The notes under the pieces: generated by a model | The model's input: the letters and a program-made list of their open reading frames with translations, nothing else | Told to the model about the DNA's origin: nothing | Database searches by the model: none | Shown here: one piece after another, positions 1 through 12,254 of the stretch | Position numbering within the stretch: the first letter of the stretch is position 1 | Layout: each line of letters begins with the position of its first letter | Program-made: the position numbers and the translations under genes | NCBI GenBank assembly: GCA_965649825.1 | Contig: OZ287700.1 | Span: 434,001 to 498,000 of the forward strand | Length of the DNA stretch: 64,000 bases | Reading direction: 5' to 3' | From: Penicillus capitatus | Taxonomy: Eukaryota > Plantae > Chlorophyta

Positions 1-384
1 GCTGAATTTCTCGACAGCCTCGGTGTCGCCCTCCTCGACCGCCGCCTTGAGTGCGCGTTCGGCATCTGCCCGTCTCTCCAGTCGCTTCTCTAGCTCCTTT
101 GCTTTGCTTTCGGGCGGTTTGCCGTCAAACACGTATATTGGTTTGATCCCCGCCTCTAGCATCCGCACCGTCCGGTAGAACATCCCCTGCAGGTGGCTCG
201 TCTCCTCTCCCGACGCATCCGTCAGCGTCAGCTCCCCAGTCCTTCCAACAGCGACGAGGAACTGATAGATGTGCATACTGGCGTCCACAGCGACACGCCG
301 ACCGAAGTAGTCTTCGAATCGCGTCTCTCGGATACAGGATGGCGCATTGGCTTCGAGCAGCTTGGCTAGATTGTGAATACCCAT
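1..384 (-). CDS. FEN1: Flap endonuclease 1 (5' part; runs off window start)
   Basis: Manual translation from ATG at 384: [15 protein letters not shown]...[16 protein letters not shown]...[29 protein letters not shown], the FEN1/XPG N-domain. Confidence 0.95.
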   Translation of the reverse strand, partial: MGIHNLAKLLEANAPSCIRETRFEDYFGRRVAVDASMHIYQFLVAVGRTGELTLTDASGEETSHLQGMFYRTVRMLEAGIKPIYVFDGKPPESKAKELEKRLERRADAERALKAAVEEGDTEAVEKFS

Positions 385-810
385 CGCGCCGAAAGCAACG
401 ACACGTGCAACGGATAGAAAGATTAAGCCATTAAGCAAGTAGACGATCTATTGACGCTATTGACGCTTTTGACGTCCTATGTCGCTTTTTAACATTCGTT
501 CTGCTGAGCATGAAGAGTAGTAGTCGCCCGTGTTCGGACCTTTGACGAAGGAGTTCTCTCTTTTCACATAGAAGTCGCGTATCCAAGTTTTTTTATTAAA
601 TCTTGCCTGTTTTAGTGTCAAACTGACCAGTATGGCTAAGAAGTGTACTTACTCTCTTCATCCCAATGCAGAGGCTACATTGAAGGCCCCTTTCCATGAC
701 ATGGCACATATAATCTGCGCCTTATCGGCCAATTCGACTCGGTTAAGAGAGTAACGATATTCAACGAATGGGCGGTGCGCGGACCACTGACTAACTGAGT
801 TTGTTTCTCG

Positions 811-2525
811 ATGATGACCTGCTGTCGCCTTCGGTCTGGCAGGGCGACATACCCGATATCACCCTCTTCGCGCAACGCTTCCCTCACGTCATGCAATGGC
901 GGAAGACGCTACTCTGAATACCAATACCACCACGCACGAAGTTCAACACGTCTGTGCGTCTCATCGGTCGAAACGACACGTCTCACGCTCGACGACATCT
1001 CTTTGGATCTGGATCTCATCGAAAGGGATGGCGTTGACGTTTTCGATTTGGTCATTGCTGGAGCGGGTCCTTCAGGTCTAAGCGTCGGATCTCGTGTCGC
1101 CAAGTCAGGTTACAAAGTCTGCATCGTGGATCCCTATCCTTTGAGTCTCTGGCCGAACAACTACGGAGTCTGGGTGGACGAGTTCGAAGCCATGGGATTG
1201 GATGACTGTTTTCAGAAAGTCTGGTCTAAAGCAGATGTCTTCTTAGATAACAACAAACCTCCAAAGCACGTTCCCCCAACACACTCCCTGTCACGACACT
1301 TCTTCTTCCATGCAGATCACTCAATCGACCCTATGCACGAGTGGACCGTCCGAAACTCAAGAGAAAACTCCTGAACGCTTGTATAGAAAACGGTACGACA
1401 CCGCTATCTGGCCCAATCGATGACTTGGATGGCACCATCTGGTTAGGTGTCTTTTTTCGGCAGGCAAAGGCGGAAGCCGTCGATACGAGTGCATCGCTTA
1501 ATTGTGTCACTTGTTCTGAAGGGCGTCCTCTGAAGGCACGACTCTTTCTAGATGCCACTGGCCACAGTCGAAGGTTCATTCAGTACGATCAGAAATTTGA
1601 TCCGGCCTTTCAGGGTGCTTATGGTTATATCGCAACGGTAGAATCCCATCCCTTCGACAAAGATGCGATGCTGTTTATGGACTGGCGAGATGACTATGCA
1701 CAGGACGATCCAGCATTCCTTCGGCGCATTTCAGATTTGCCGACATTTCTCTACGCCATGCCGTTCTCGGAAACGGAGATATTTCTGGAAGAGACCTCTC
1801 TCGTTGCGAAACCCATTGCACCGTTCGGCGATCTAAAAGAACGACTCGAGAGGCGCTTGCAGCATCTGGGAATCAAGGTGTTGGACAAACGGGAAGAAGA
1901 ATACTGTGTCATTCCAATGGGAGGCGTCTTGCCCAAGAAACCACAGACGGTGCTCGGAATCGGAGGCACGGCAGGGATGGTGCATCCATCGACGGGATAC
2001 ATGATTTCGCGTATGTTGGGTGCTGCTCCAGGCCTGGCAGACACCATCATCGACCAACTGTCACAAGGTAGACACTGGTTGCATTCCCCTCCGAGGACAG
2101 TCCACATGAACAGCGTGCTTTGACAGATACATGGAACGAGAAACAGGCGCAGGCGGTTTCTAAAGTACTGTGGAAAGGGATCTGGCCAGTCGAGCGCGTC
2201 CGGCAACGCGATTTCTATCGGTTTGGAATGGAAGTCCTGCTGAAACTGAATCTCCAAGTGCGCTCGTCGATTTCTTTCTGCTCCTGCCTAAAATGTGTCA
2301 TTGGCATAGGAGACACGGGATTTCTTTAGAGCTTTCTTCTCCTTGACAGAGCACGACTGGCAGGGATTCCTTTCGTCACGTTTGTCTTTTGTGGAGCTTG
2401 TCGGATTTGGATGGCATCTCTTTTTACAGGCAGATAACCCCACGCGGCAGACCATTTTGAAAAAAGGAGCACCATACTTAGCGTTTCTGATCAGCTCTAT
2501 CGGATCATCTCTCTTTCAGGGATAA
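811..2525 (+). CDS. LCYB: Lycopene beta-cyclase (multi-exon)
   Basis: DLVIAGAGPSG FAD motif, WPNNYGVWVDEFEAMGL (beta- rather than epsilon-type), FLEETSLVA, IGGTAGMVHPSTGYM; short introns including GC-AG 1266-1315. Confidence 0.9.
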
Positions 2526-2531
2526 ATGACA

Positions 2532-2978
2532 TTAAACGTCAAAGTAGCGTGCCATTTGAATGCTGCGTCTCTTTAGACCACACTGTTCGTAAAAATGCAC
2601 ATTCTTCTCGTCACAGTCCAGAATCACTTTGTAGCAGCCAGACGTTTCGGCCAATGCGATGAGCCCCTTGATCATCGATTTCCCCAGTCCTTGTCCACGG
2701 TATCCGACATCGACAACCACATCTTCGATGTGACCCACCGTTCCACAGTTATGAATAAACTTGGGTTCGATGAAGAGTGTCCCGCTGGCAATGATACGCG
2801 ACCGATCCACATCCTCCATCACCCGAATATGAATGCACTTGCTAGACTGGATTTCTCCCAGGCGTTCCCGAAGGGCGTCGGGAGAAGGTTCTCCAACGGT
2901 GGTCAACTGCGAGAGAAGTGAGAGATAGCCTTTGTCGAGGTCGGATGGTTCAAGGGGACGCAGATCGAAGCTCGGCAT
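2532..2978 (-). CDS. GNA1: Glucosamine-6-phosphate N-acetyltransferase
   Basis: Single exon; EPKFIHNCGTVGHIEDVVVD, YRGQGLGK, GCYKVILDC motifs. Confidence 0.95.
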   Translation of the reverse strand: MPSFDLRPLEPSDLDKGYLSLLSQLTTVGEPSPDALRERLGEIQSSKCIHIRVMEDVDRSRIIASGTLFIEPKFIHNCGTVGHIEDVVVDVGYRGQGLGKSMIKGLIALAETSGCYKVILDCDEKNVHFYEQCGLKRRSIQMARYFDV

Positions 2979-3010
2979 GAGAGACGTCGCATCACTTCAG
3001 GGCCGACGGC

Positions 3011-4374
3011 ATGAGTCTTCGACCGCCATACTTTGAGCTTCTGGCAGCAGACCGTCTATCCAGTGGCATCAAAACCGCCGTCAGCTTTGCCCTACGAGTA
3101 AGGCCGTCGAGATGAGGTCTGGAGAAATGGAATGGGTGCCCGATTTCAGGTCTATTCTCAGAATCATCCTCGCATCCGACGTCTGCTAAACCATGAAGAC
3201 GAAGTTCTGCTGGCGATGTCGTTACTTCTGGAAACGGGAAGCATCTTTCAGCATGCCGCGTCGTTTTCGGAAGCGCTATATGGACTTACGAGACGTCAAG
3301 CAGGGACACCACCAAAGCGTCCTTCAGCCACGCAGCTGACCTTATCCTTCGCCGCCATCGTGATCAAACACTCATCCACTATGACATGACAGAAAGGAGG
3401 AATTGGTGGATAGGTTGGATGGCCTTACCTCAAGGCCCGGCTTGCTCGGTGGCACTCCCATCTGTTGGCCAATCCTGCCGCGTTACGGGCAAATGTGTGA
3501 GATGAGTGACGTCTGACCTTGGCTTAATCGGTGGTTTAGGATGATCATATGACGTGGAAACTGATCGCTTTGCGTGCGTTTGCGCACATCTATCCTTACG
3601 GCAAGATGATGGCAGATTTCGTGACATCGTGTTATCAGATTCTCTATCTGGCTGGAGGAACGGATTATTTTTCGCCTCTTCTCCATCTTCTGCAGCTTCA
3701 GATCTACGCGATCTCTCCAGAAGAACTGGTACATACACTCTTCTGTGCAAATCGCTGAAATTCTTACCACGCATGTGATGTGACTTCTCATAGAGGAAAG
3801 AAGAGAAGATGCGAATCCTCAAGACTGTTCTTTCATTGGAGAATCCACAGACACGGGCATCACTCTCTTGGATGCAGTACTTCTGTGCGACGGCACTTAG
3901 ATCTTATCGAGTTGCGTCGGCCGGTCTGCGCAAGGCCCTTGTATTTGCCATCTTCTTCTTCAAAGTCATCATTACACACAAAAAGAAACGTGGCAGATGT
4001 TGTGTGTATGGTCGTCTAGGCCCTGGAGTGGTGGTACTATGTCGGCGAGGAACAGCTCAAGGAACAAAGGAAACTGCCAATTCCTCCGCCGCCGCCAGCG
4101 CCGCCACCGCATCCCAACGGTGTTCAACTACCTTTTGAGCGACACCTCTGTCCTCTGTGCAAGTAATCCTACCATCTGTCAGACCACCTCGCATCCCTTC
4201 CATGTGTACAGACGCGAGCGAACCAATCCAACACAGTTAACAGCATCTGGGTATGTCTTTTGCTATGGATGCATTATGAGTTATGTGCGACGGCATAAGT
4301 GCTGTCCCATCACTTTGTTTCCAGCCAATCTCAACCAACTCAGGAGACTTTACAGAGGCTCAACATCGGGATGA
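3011..4374 (+). CDS. PEX12: Peroxin 12 (RING peroxin), multi-exon
   Basis: N-terminal RPPYFELLAADRL, ASFSEALYGLTR, C-terminal CPLC...SGYVFCYGCI...CPIT...LRRLY. Confidence 0.9.
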
Positions 4375-4408
4375 TAATATGTTACTGTTGTGTCCAAGTG
4401 TGAACGGA

Positions 4409-4915
4409 CTACGGGGAGAAATTTGATTTGAGCTCATAGAGCCCCAACACTGGTCCCACGAAACGGAAAAGGATCCAAGTAACGCCGATAGCGAAGATCG
4501 ACGCAAAGGCAGTCCTATTCACCCAATAGAGGAGTCCCTTGTCACCGACGTACAGCTCATAGATCTTTTCTGAAGCGGTGAGATTGTCCCAGTCTTCCGG
4601 TAACGCCTCGCCGTCTTTCCAGCGACGTCTGGTTAAGGGTGGCTCGATCTCTGGGGCCTCTTCTGAGAAGAAGCGACGCCTTGGTGCTGATGACCCTCGA
4701 GCTGCAGCTTCGAGTTTGGCGATACGTTGTTCTGCATCATCGTCGGCCATCCCTTCGGTATCTTTTGGATCGTAGCTTCTGCAGCGAATGGGACGCAGTC
4801 GGCTTCGTGCGATGGGGGAGATCCGTCGCAATGGTCGTCCGACGGAGCGCGCCGGAAAGGCCGTCCTCGAAACCTTCGACATCGTCGAGATCGGATGATC
4901 GATACGATGATGCAT
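4409..4915 (-). CDS. Conserved membrane protein of unknown function, probably plastid-targeted
   Basis: Arg/Ser-rich transit-like N-terminus; C-terminal YVGDKGLLYWVN...WILFRFVGPVLGLYEL resembles a green-lineage conserved membrane protein (from memory, not searched). Confidence 0.6.
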   Translation of the reverse strand: MHHRIDHPISTMSKVSRTAFPARSVGRPLRRISPIARSRLRPIRCRSYDPKDTEGMADDDAEQRIAKLEAAARGSSAPRRRFFSEEAPEIEPPLTRRRWKDGEALPEDWDNLTASEKIYELYVGDKGLLYWVNRTAFASIFAIGVTWILFRFVGPVLGLYELKSNFSP

Positions 4916-5890
4916 CGCAATCGGCGCTTGATGAGATGTCAGTGGATGTTTCTAGAATGTTGAGAGTATCTTAATGGAGGATGCGCCAGCGTCTGATTGT
5001 TAAGCAACATGATTCCGTTCCTGTCATGTCGTTTGCAGCCTCCTCATCCTGCGGAAGCAGGTTCTGCCGTTTCTGCATCTGAGTGAGTTGGGTTTCGCCG
5101 CTTCTTTTGAGGTGCCGGATCATTTGGGTTGGTGTTTGGGCGGTCTACGCGACAACTGCTCTGTGTGATCGATTCAGTGGCCTACCTAGTCTATCCCTAT
5201 AGCTAGATCTTATTGTTCTGCTGTTCGTTAGAGTGCTCTGAATTCGATTGTCTATCCCAATCAAGACAGACACAGTGTCCCTTTCTTTCTCTTTCATCCC
5301 AATCGCTAAGCTCCATTGCCGCTTTGAACCACATGTTCAGAATCTGAGTGAGAACGGTGTCGCGCTGGATGCTGGCAGCAATATGTTAACCCATTCAGGC
5401 ATCATCACACCGATAACCATCGCAAGTCTGCTGTTCTTCATCCGGCATGGATTAACTAAACTGGTGAATGGATGCCATCCTTGCCATATGGACACAGATA
5501 GAAATGCAACGCTCTTTCGGCGAGATGAAAAGCTGATAGATACCCTTCCTCCTCCATGTACCTGTTGAAACAGACATTCTCGCATATCTCCTAGACCATT
5601 CATGCACCTCTCTCAGTCTTGCAGTCCGTCAACGCCTAACGTCCCTCTTCTTCATTTCTGTCAGATCACATGTCTATCGGCACTTCTGCAGAACTCGGGT
5701 ATCGATTCTTCTTCGTGCTTTCGTTATACGACTGGTTAATTTATTCGAACTCAGACATACTCTTACTCGATCTGCGTAACATTAAAGTTTCTGGAGACTG
5801 ACTGTCAATGCTTATCCACAACGAACGTCAAAATCACAGACACTCGAACGATTCAATTGCACAGGGGCTCAGTTACTGTCCATAGATGTT

Positions 5891-5966
5891 CTTTTCAGAA
5901 GAAAAGAGTTCCAATGTGTCGAGATGATCTTTTCAGAAGAAAAGAGTTCCAATTTGTCGAGATGAT
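5891..5966. repeat. 38-bp tandem duplication
   Basis: CTTTTCAGAAGAAAAGAGTTCCAAT(G/T)TGTCGAGATGAT twice, one mismatch. Confidence 0.9.
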
Positions 5967-6318
5967 CTAAACGAACACAGCAGGTGGACTCTGCCCAGCT
6001 CAATGCTCGATAACCTTTAACAATACAAAAACAGAGGCGAAATGTGGTAAGCATTCCTTTGCATGTTTTCCTTGATGGTTTTGGATTTGTTATGTGGCCT
6101 TACACAAATGTCATGAAACATCCACAGCGCTGAAGATTCTAAGTTGATAATGATGGAACTATACACAGCTGCCTTCAGCAGATCTGCAGTCAAAAAACAC
6201 TCGCTGAGCCCAACAGAGAATCCGGTCGTTGTCTTGTTGCACACCGTCAACACAAGGCCCAGCCAGTCAACACACGATGACATGATCGAGATATACTTAT
6301 CACAACACCACCCCCAGA

Positions 6319-8076
6319 CTACAGTTCAACTTCGTTGTGCAGTAAAGTGCCGTTCAGTTCATTCAGTGTGTCTGTGTAGTATCCTCTGTGCACCGTCGAT
6401 TCGTTCAACATGTCACAGAGATTGTAAAACACTCCCCCAAGAAGGCCGCCGATGAAGGGGCCGACGATGGTAATCCAACCGTAGTACCATTCAGACGGTC
6501 CCTTTCCTGCTATGGGCAAGACCCAATGTGCCAATCTGGGTCCAAAGTCGCGGGCAGGGTTCATCGCAATGCCCGGTCCGCCAAGGCAGAGGACAAGAAC
6601 AACGACCAGAATGCCGACCCAGAAACTCTTCAGTCCATGCATGTATACTTCTTTGTCGCCTTCCCAGATCATGGCGCCACGTTGGTTCAGCATCAGAATA
6701 CCAGAGGTCAGCAACATAGCAGAGATGATTTCATTGATCAGATTGCAGATTGGAACAAACGACGCAGGGCGAGTGGCAAAGACAGCTAGTTTTGCGTTCT
6801 GATCAGCCTTGACACTGGCTTCGTGTAAACGCTGAGATTTCGTTGCCTTCTTGTGTTCGCCTTCCGGTTCCTCAATCTTCTCACTCTTGGACCTCTCTAG
6901 CATCGCCGGTGTAGGCTGAAGAAAACTCGACCCAGCTCCGTTCCTCACTTTCGGTCGTCCTGCATGACGATCATCACCCGATCCGCCAGAATCCATAAAA
7001 TCTGATCCTGGATCTGAACCGGGCTCATAGAACAGTCCACTCTGGGTGTCATGATTGGCCAAGGCTTGCAGACTTCGCATACTGACATCATGATGGACAC
7101 GGCTACCGCTTGCCGGTTTCTTCGTAGACGACTCTTCTTGGATGGTGACAGAGGTTTCATGGTGTCCCATGGCTTCTTTGATCGAGGGAGAGTTCCCTTG
7201 GAGCAGCGGCTGATGCAGATCTTCTTCGTCAGAAGACATCGGCCAGTCCACAGTGGGCTTTGCTGGATCCCTCGTCGCGCGTGGAGTGCTCTCTGTCTTC
7301 TTCGAAGCCCGAGATTGTGCATTCGAAGCTTGCTTCTGTTTGCCATGCTCCTGTCGATGGCGCATCAGGCGTCCATGCAAATCGCTCTCATTCACTGACC
7401 GGCGACGTGTCACGCCGCTGCGACCCACCAGTGAATGTCGTCCCAAGATATCTTCGTCCTTATACGCTCGAAAACGGCGGCTGCCGGCGATGACTCTTTT
7501 GAACTGCTGAAGTCCCTGCGATAGACTGCTGACGTCTGGTTGGTTTTCAGTACTGTATGAAGCGTAGGCGAGAGAGGACGTGTTAATATAGTCACGCGTT
7601 CGCAGAAGCTCGTCCGTAACCTTGGGCGGAGGCGGCTCCGGGACGGTGGCGAAGTGCGGCAGGTAAAACAACCAAACCGTACAGCCGCCGAGGAAGGCCC
7701 CTGCGATTTGACAGACGGCAATCGGCAACACGTCGAACCAGTCGATGACATCCGCCACGGCGTTCGCCAACGCCATCGCCGGATTGACCATCGAACTGAT
7801 ATACCCAAAGTACTGCACAGGAAGAAAGCAAGCCAAGCCGACCCCCAGGGCAACCCATCCGAATCCGATATCGTGCCCCTTCGTTTTCGGCAGCAGCTTG
7901 TTGGCTAACACCGACTCCAGTAGAAACACAAACATCCACGTAGCGACGAATTCTGAGGCGCATCGCTGCGTCAGTGAGTATGGTCCTTCGTACCCCATCG
8001 TCAACAGCACAGACACTCCGTTACGGAAAAGATACTCCCTTTGCAAGATTTCGCTCCGGAGCTTTTCTGAAGACAT
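6319..8076 (-). CDS. Major intrinsic protein, GlpF/GIP-like aquaglyceroporin with long loop-C insertion
   Basis: Two NPA boxes (VNPAMA, MNPARDFGPR with the aquaglyceroporin Asp), AKLAVFATRPA, six hydrophobic segments; likely start at the second Met (MGYEG). Confidence 0.9.
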   Translation of the reverse strand: MSSEKLRSEILQREYLFRNGVSVLLTMGYEGPYSLTQRCASEFVATWMFVFLLESVLANKLLPKTKGHDIGFGWVALGVGLACFLPVQYFGYISSMVNPAMALANAVADVIDWFDVLPIAVCQIAGAFLGGCTVWLFYLPHFATVPEPPPPKVTDELLRTRDYINTSSLAYASYSTENQPDVSSLSQGLQQFKRVIAGSRRFRAYKDEDILGRHSLVGRSGVTRRRSVNESDLHGRLMRHRQEHGKQKQASNAQSRASKKTESTPRATRDPAKPTVDWPMSSDEEDLHQPLLQGNSPSIKEAMGHHETSVTIQEESSTKKPASGSRVHHDVSMRSLQALANHDTQSGLFYEPGSDPGSDFMDSGGSGDDRHAGRPKVRNGAGSSFLQPTPAMLERSKSEKIEEPEGEHKKATKSQRLHEASVKADQNAKLAVFATRPASFVPICNLINEIISAMLLTSGILMLNQRGAMIWEGDKEVYMHGLKSFWVGILVVVLVLCLGGPGIAMNPARDFGPRLAHWVLPIAGKGPSEWYYGWITIVGPFIGGLLGGVFYNLCDMLNESTVHRGYYTDTLNELNGTLLHNEVEL

Positions 8077-8722
8077 AACACGAATTCAGTACGTGTCGGA
8101 GAGGGTCAGAAGTCCAACAGGGCGCTAGGGCTGTACCTTAGCGGGCAAGGACGTCCGAGGCGTTTGTGGTCTCTTCTGCAGATAGGCACGTGTTCAAAGG
8201 ACTGACGAGATGAAGGGTTTAAAAATGCGCAAAGGTCAAGAAGCAGAGACTTTGACAGTGAACGAGTCCGGTACGAAGAACGCACTGGGATATGCCTATC
8301 GCCAGGAGCTTATCAACTTCCACGTCGACGTGACGTGAAAGCGACGGACGATCAGCCATCGGATCCCGCGGATTTCGCTGCGGTTGATACCATTATCAAC
8401 AGTCGATGTAACGAATTAAGATCGACACGGTCCAGAATGCAAGGCGGGGATGTTTGCCGTCGATTGAATGTTGTCTATGCCACGTATGGTCAGTAAAGAT
8501 GCCTCCACTTTGTAGGTGTAGGAAAAAGAATAGGTACAGAATGAATGTTGTGTTTGTCGCCAGCAGGGTAGAAGTGACATCCTACATGCTAACAACACGA
8601 TTGGAGTCTTGTACCGTATCCCAGTCATGCTGGAATCTGTAAACTCATGATCCATTTTATTCGTTCGTCAACAGAAACAACTACACGTTTACTTACAACC
8701 AACCACACAGATACGCTCGGCC

Positions 8723-9648
8723 TCAGATGCGCTTATACGGCATTCTAGCAAATCTGAGGGTAATTTCAGATGGTACACAGTTGACTGAAGTTCTAAACGG
8801 AAGCAAACAAGCTTCGGCGATGTCTTTGGGGACCAAAAAATGCTCCGGAATGGCATTCGGTACTTCCCTGTAGGCAGCACAGCACAACACAGCACGGTTA
8901 CTGCTGAGATGTGAGAGATGCGAGGCATACCGAGCACGGTCTGTCAGAGTACCGGCGGGGTTTAACAAGCAGACCTTTACTCCATACTCCTTTAACTGAT
9001 TGTGCAAACTGAGAGACCACCCACGAATTCCCCATTTAGTGGCACAATAGGATCCCATAGGGCCAACTGCATCCATTCCGGCCAGACTGCCCATATTGAT
9101 AATGACTCCGTAACCCTTCTCCGTCATCGCAGGAGCAAACTTTCTTGCAAGATGCATTGGAGTGACTAAATTCAGATTTGTCATCTACGAGGCAAAAATG
9201 CGAGGCGTGATGCTGTGTGGAGGACATGGATGGTATCCTTTGTTACCTGCTCCCATTCAATCGGATCACCCTTCAGGGCAGTCATGCCACTCGCAGATGC
9301 GATTCCAGCATTGTTGACGAGCACATCGACATGGCCGTGATCCTTAATGACCTCCTCAGCCAAATTTTCAACGTCCTTGCGAAGGAAAAGGTTAACAGAG
9401 TAGGTATGACACGCGGCGGCTCCTTTTTTCCGGCATTCAGCTGCAACGCGTTTCAGGCGTTCATCGTCTTGCGCGACAAGAATGAGCGATGCCTTTCGTG
9501 CAGCAAACGCCAAAGAAATCTGTTCGCCGATGCCACGAGAGGCGCCAGTTATGAGGCAGACTTGCCCTTTGAGGAGATTGGGCATATCTTCATTCAGCTT
9601 CTTCTCTGTGGACTTCCCCCGTCCCAGTCCAAGCACATTCCACAACAT
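8723..9648 (-). CDS. Short-chain dehydrogenase/reductase (two introns)
   Basis: ITGASRGIG, VNNAG and catalytic YCATK motifs. Confidence 0.9.
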
Positions 9649-10035
9649 CGTAACGCTTTCACAACGTTTTTCCTAAACAATGTCAAAATCTGAGGTCCAG
9701 TCTTAAACGGACGGCGCTGCAGCTTATCCCGTTCGATCGATGTCTCATCATCATCACGTTATTGTGTGGCCATGTGGACTGTGCGGTCCACGTCCTGCGT
9801 GTGAGTCATCAACGACGTGGCGGACAGATGGTGATTGTTCGACAGCTACGGTCCCGCGGCATCTCCATGTCAGCTCAGCTGTCTCAAATGTACTTATACT
9901 CCGAACATGGACAGCTCGGACATTCGTCTATCCAGTTGCATAAATACGAAGTTGTTGCCTCAAGTCTTCCTATAGAAAGCGCTAAGCCGGAAAGAAAAAG
10001 TACTTATCGTTTCTGCCATCGAGAAACGCCCCGCA

Positions 10036-11051
10036 ATGAAGTCCATCGCTGTTGCTACTTTTGTTGGCCTGCTCCTCATCGCCGTGGCCGGTCGCGACCT
10101 GCGACAAGTCTCTATCTCGGCGACCGCTGTTGCCCAAAGTACAGGTGGCGGAGTGGCATCCGCCGTCGTGGATACGTCGGCGTCGCCTGCTCTTATGGTA
10201 GCGAGTGAAGCGCCTGTGTCGACGGAACCAGCTCCGCCTCGTCTCCTCGATGTCTATTTCCTTGTGGATTTGACCGAAACCTCCACGAGCTTCATCGCAG
10301 AACTCGCTCAGGATGCATCGATAATTGTGAACGAGTCCTTCGCGGTGACCGAGACAGTCTATCTCGGCGTGGGTACGTATCAGGACACCCCCGATGCGTC
10401 CTCGTTCACAAATCTTGTCAATGTCTCGGGTGCATTGAACTTGACAGAAAGCACTCTATCTAGGTGCGCTTCGGATGAGAAGGTTCATAACGAATGACAC
10501 GTGTGCTTCGTTGTAGTTTGTCTGCCATCGCTGCGGATGAAGGCGAGGAATCTCAGTTCCTTGCATTGGAGGAGGTGGCCACGAACGAGACCTTCGGCTT
10601 TCGCCCGAACTCGACAAGAATTATCGTCTGGATCGGCAATGCCCCTGCCATCGATCCTATCGATAGCATCACCGAAGAGACCGTCATCGATGCCTTGCTC
10701 GCACAAGGCAGCATGATCGTCGCCATCGATACAGGAGATCTCGATGCCGAAGGACAAGTGACGCGCATCATCGAGGCAACAGGCGGCATGTACGTTCCCA
10801 ATGCTCCACCGTGTGCTCGATGATCTCGTGCTTGTGTGTCTAGTCTGTTCAGCGCAGATGCGGATGGGGCCTTTACATCAGTCGATGTCGCGACGTCGAC
10901 GCCTGAAGTGATGGCTTCGGTTAGTGGCACCGCCAGCGGGGACATCACTGCTGTGACCGCTACGGTGGATGGTGTCGATGTTCAAGCCACTTCGGCCACC
11001 AACTTGACGGAGACCATCATCCAGGGCATTTCTGAACTGTTCGCGCCTTAA
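10036..11051 (+). CDS. Secreted vWA-like domain protein (multi-exon)
   Basis: Signal peptide MKSIAVATFVGLLLIAVAG; DVYFLVDLT, YLGVGTYQD and GFRPNSTRIIVWIGNAP resemble vWA strands. Confidence 0.6.
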
Positions 11052-12254
11052 GGGTCGCGACAGAAAGATCACTTCATTGACTCTGTTTCGTTTGTCAACC
11101 TTATCTCTTGCCAGCACATTGGTACGAGAGCTGCTCTAGCAGTGACTGCTGATTTCGTTGTGTATGGACGGATGGGTCTATTCATAGCTGTATGATGTCT
11201 TCATCGCCACCCGGTTGATAAGTGGCAGTATGTAAGATCTATCTGAAACGTTATTATCGAGATCAATTCACGAGCGATCGGATGCGGAGGCAGATGCATC
11301 GCGCGTCTAACAAACGCCACACGTCTGTCGATGGCCTACGAGGACCGTCGCCTGTGTTCGGGTAGGACGTGTACTGTTACCATACGTTTCTCTCAGGAAT
11401 AGTGACATCAGCTGGTGCGTATCGACCAAAGTGCAGATGGCTGCACATCTGCCAGACGGGTTGGATGCCGCTCCGTTGTCGACGACAGTGCAGCAGGCAA
11501 GAGCCACGGCGCGTAAACGGTTGGTCAGTCGCACTGGCGGCGCATCATGTCACCATGTACAGGAAAACGTGTGCTTCCGCCTCTGGACCTCGCCGAAGCT
11601 CTGAAGCATAGAGTGACGATGGCGGGCACGGCCAGAAGGAATAGCTTTGGCGAATGGTATCTGCCGCCGACGGAATGGAATACCGTCCATACGGCACGGT
11701 AGGTCATACAGAGGCCAGGAGGAGGTGCCTTTCGTTCTAACCTTCTAGAACGTGGGCGGAACTTCATAAAGTGGAACGTCCGATGCTGAATGCAATGATC
11801 GAACGGGGGAGAAACAAATCGAAGGCGTCTGGAGAGTCATCGCATTTGAAAACGCTGGAGCGCGAACTGCAGAGGAAGATCAAATCGGAGGGATACGTCG
11901 TTGCCGCGTTCAAAGGTCAGACGCACCGAGCCGAGAACTCTCACCAACAATCGCGAGTTCTTGCAGAATTCACCAAGTCGCACGGATATCGACAGCCACG
12001 ATTCCTGCAGCGCATCAAGACGCCTTCCAACGCTGCCCTCGAAAACACAAGGTAAAGATCACGGTTGAAGTGCGAGCCTCTCGACACAGAGATCCTTTTT
12101 AGAAAGAGCATCCAGTACGCGGCAACGCATGCCATTCCTCTCAGTCAAGGCACTTCCTTACCGGAGCTCGCCGAGTTCCTGACCATAGAAAGCTGCCAAC
12201 GGATGTCTAAACACCTCGCCTGGTGAATGGCTGCCATGGCCAGCTGCTTTCCTT

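Noticed and set aside
5250-6300. Possible third, highly decayed fragment of repeat R
   Set aside because: Only short patchy matches (e.g. GATCTGCAGTC...ACAGAGAATCC vs GATCGCAGTCC...AGAGAACCC); needs a real alignment.
11300-12200. Pseudogene or transposon remnant between the vWA and EF-hand genes
   Set aside because: Broken frames with no recognisable motif; cannot be assigned.
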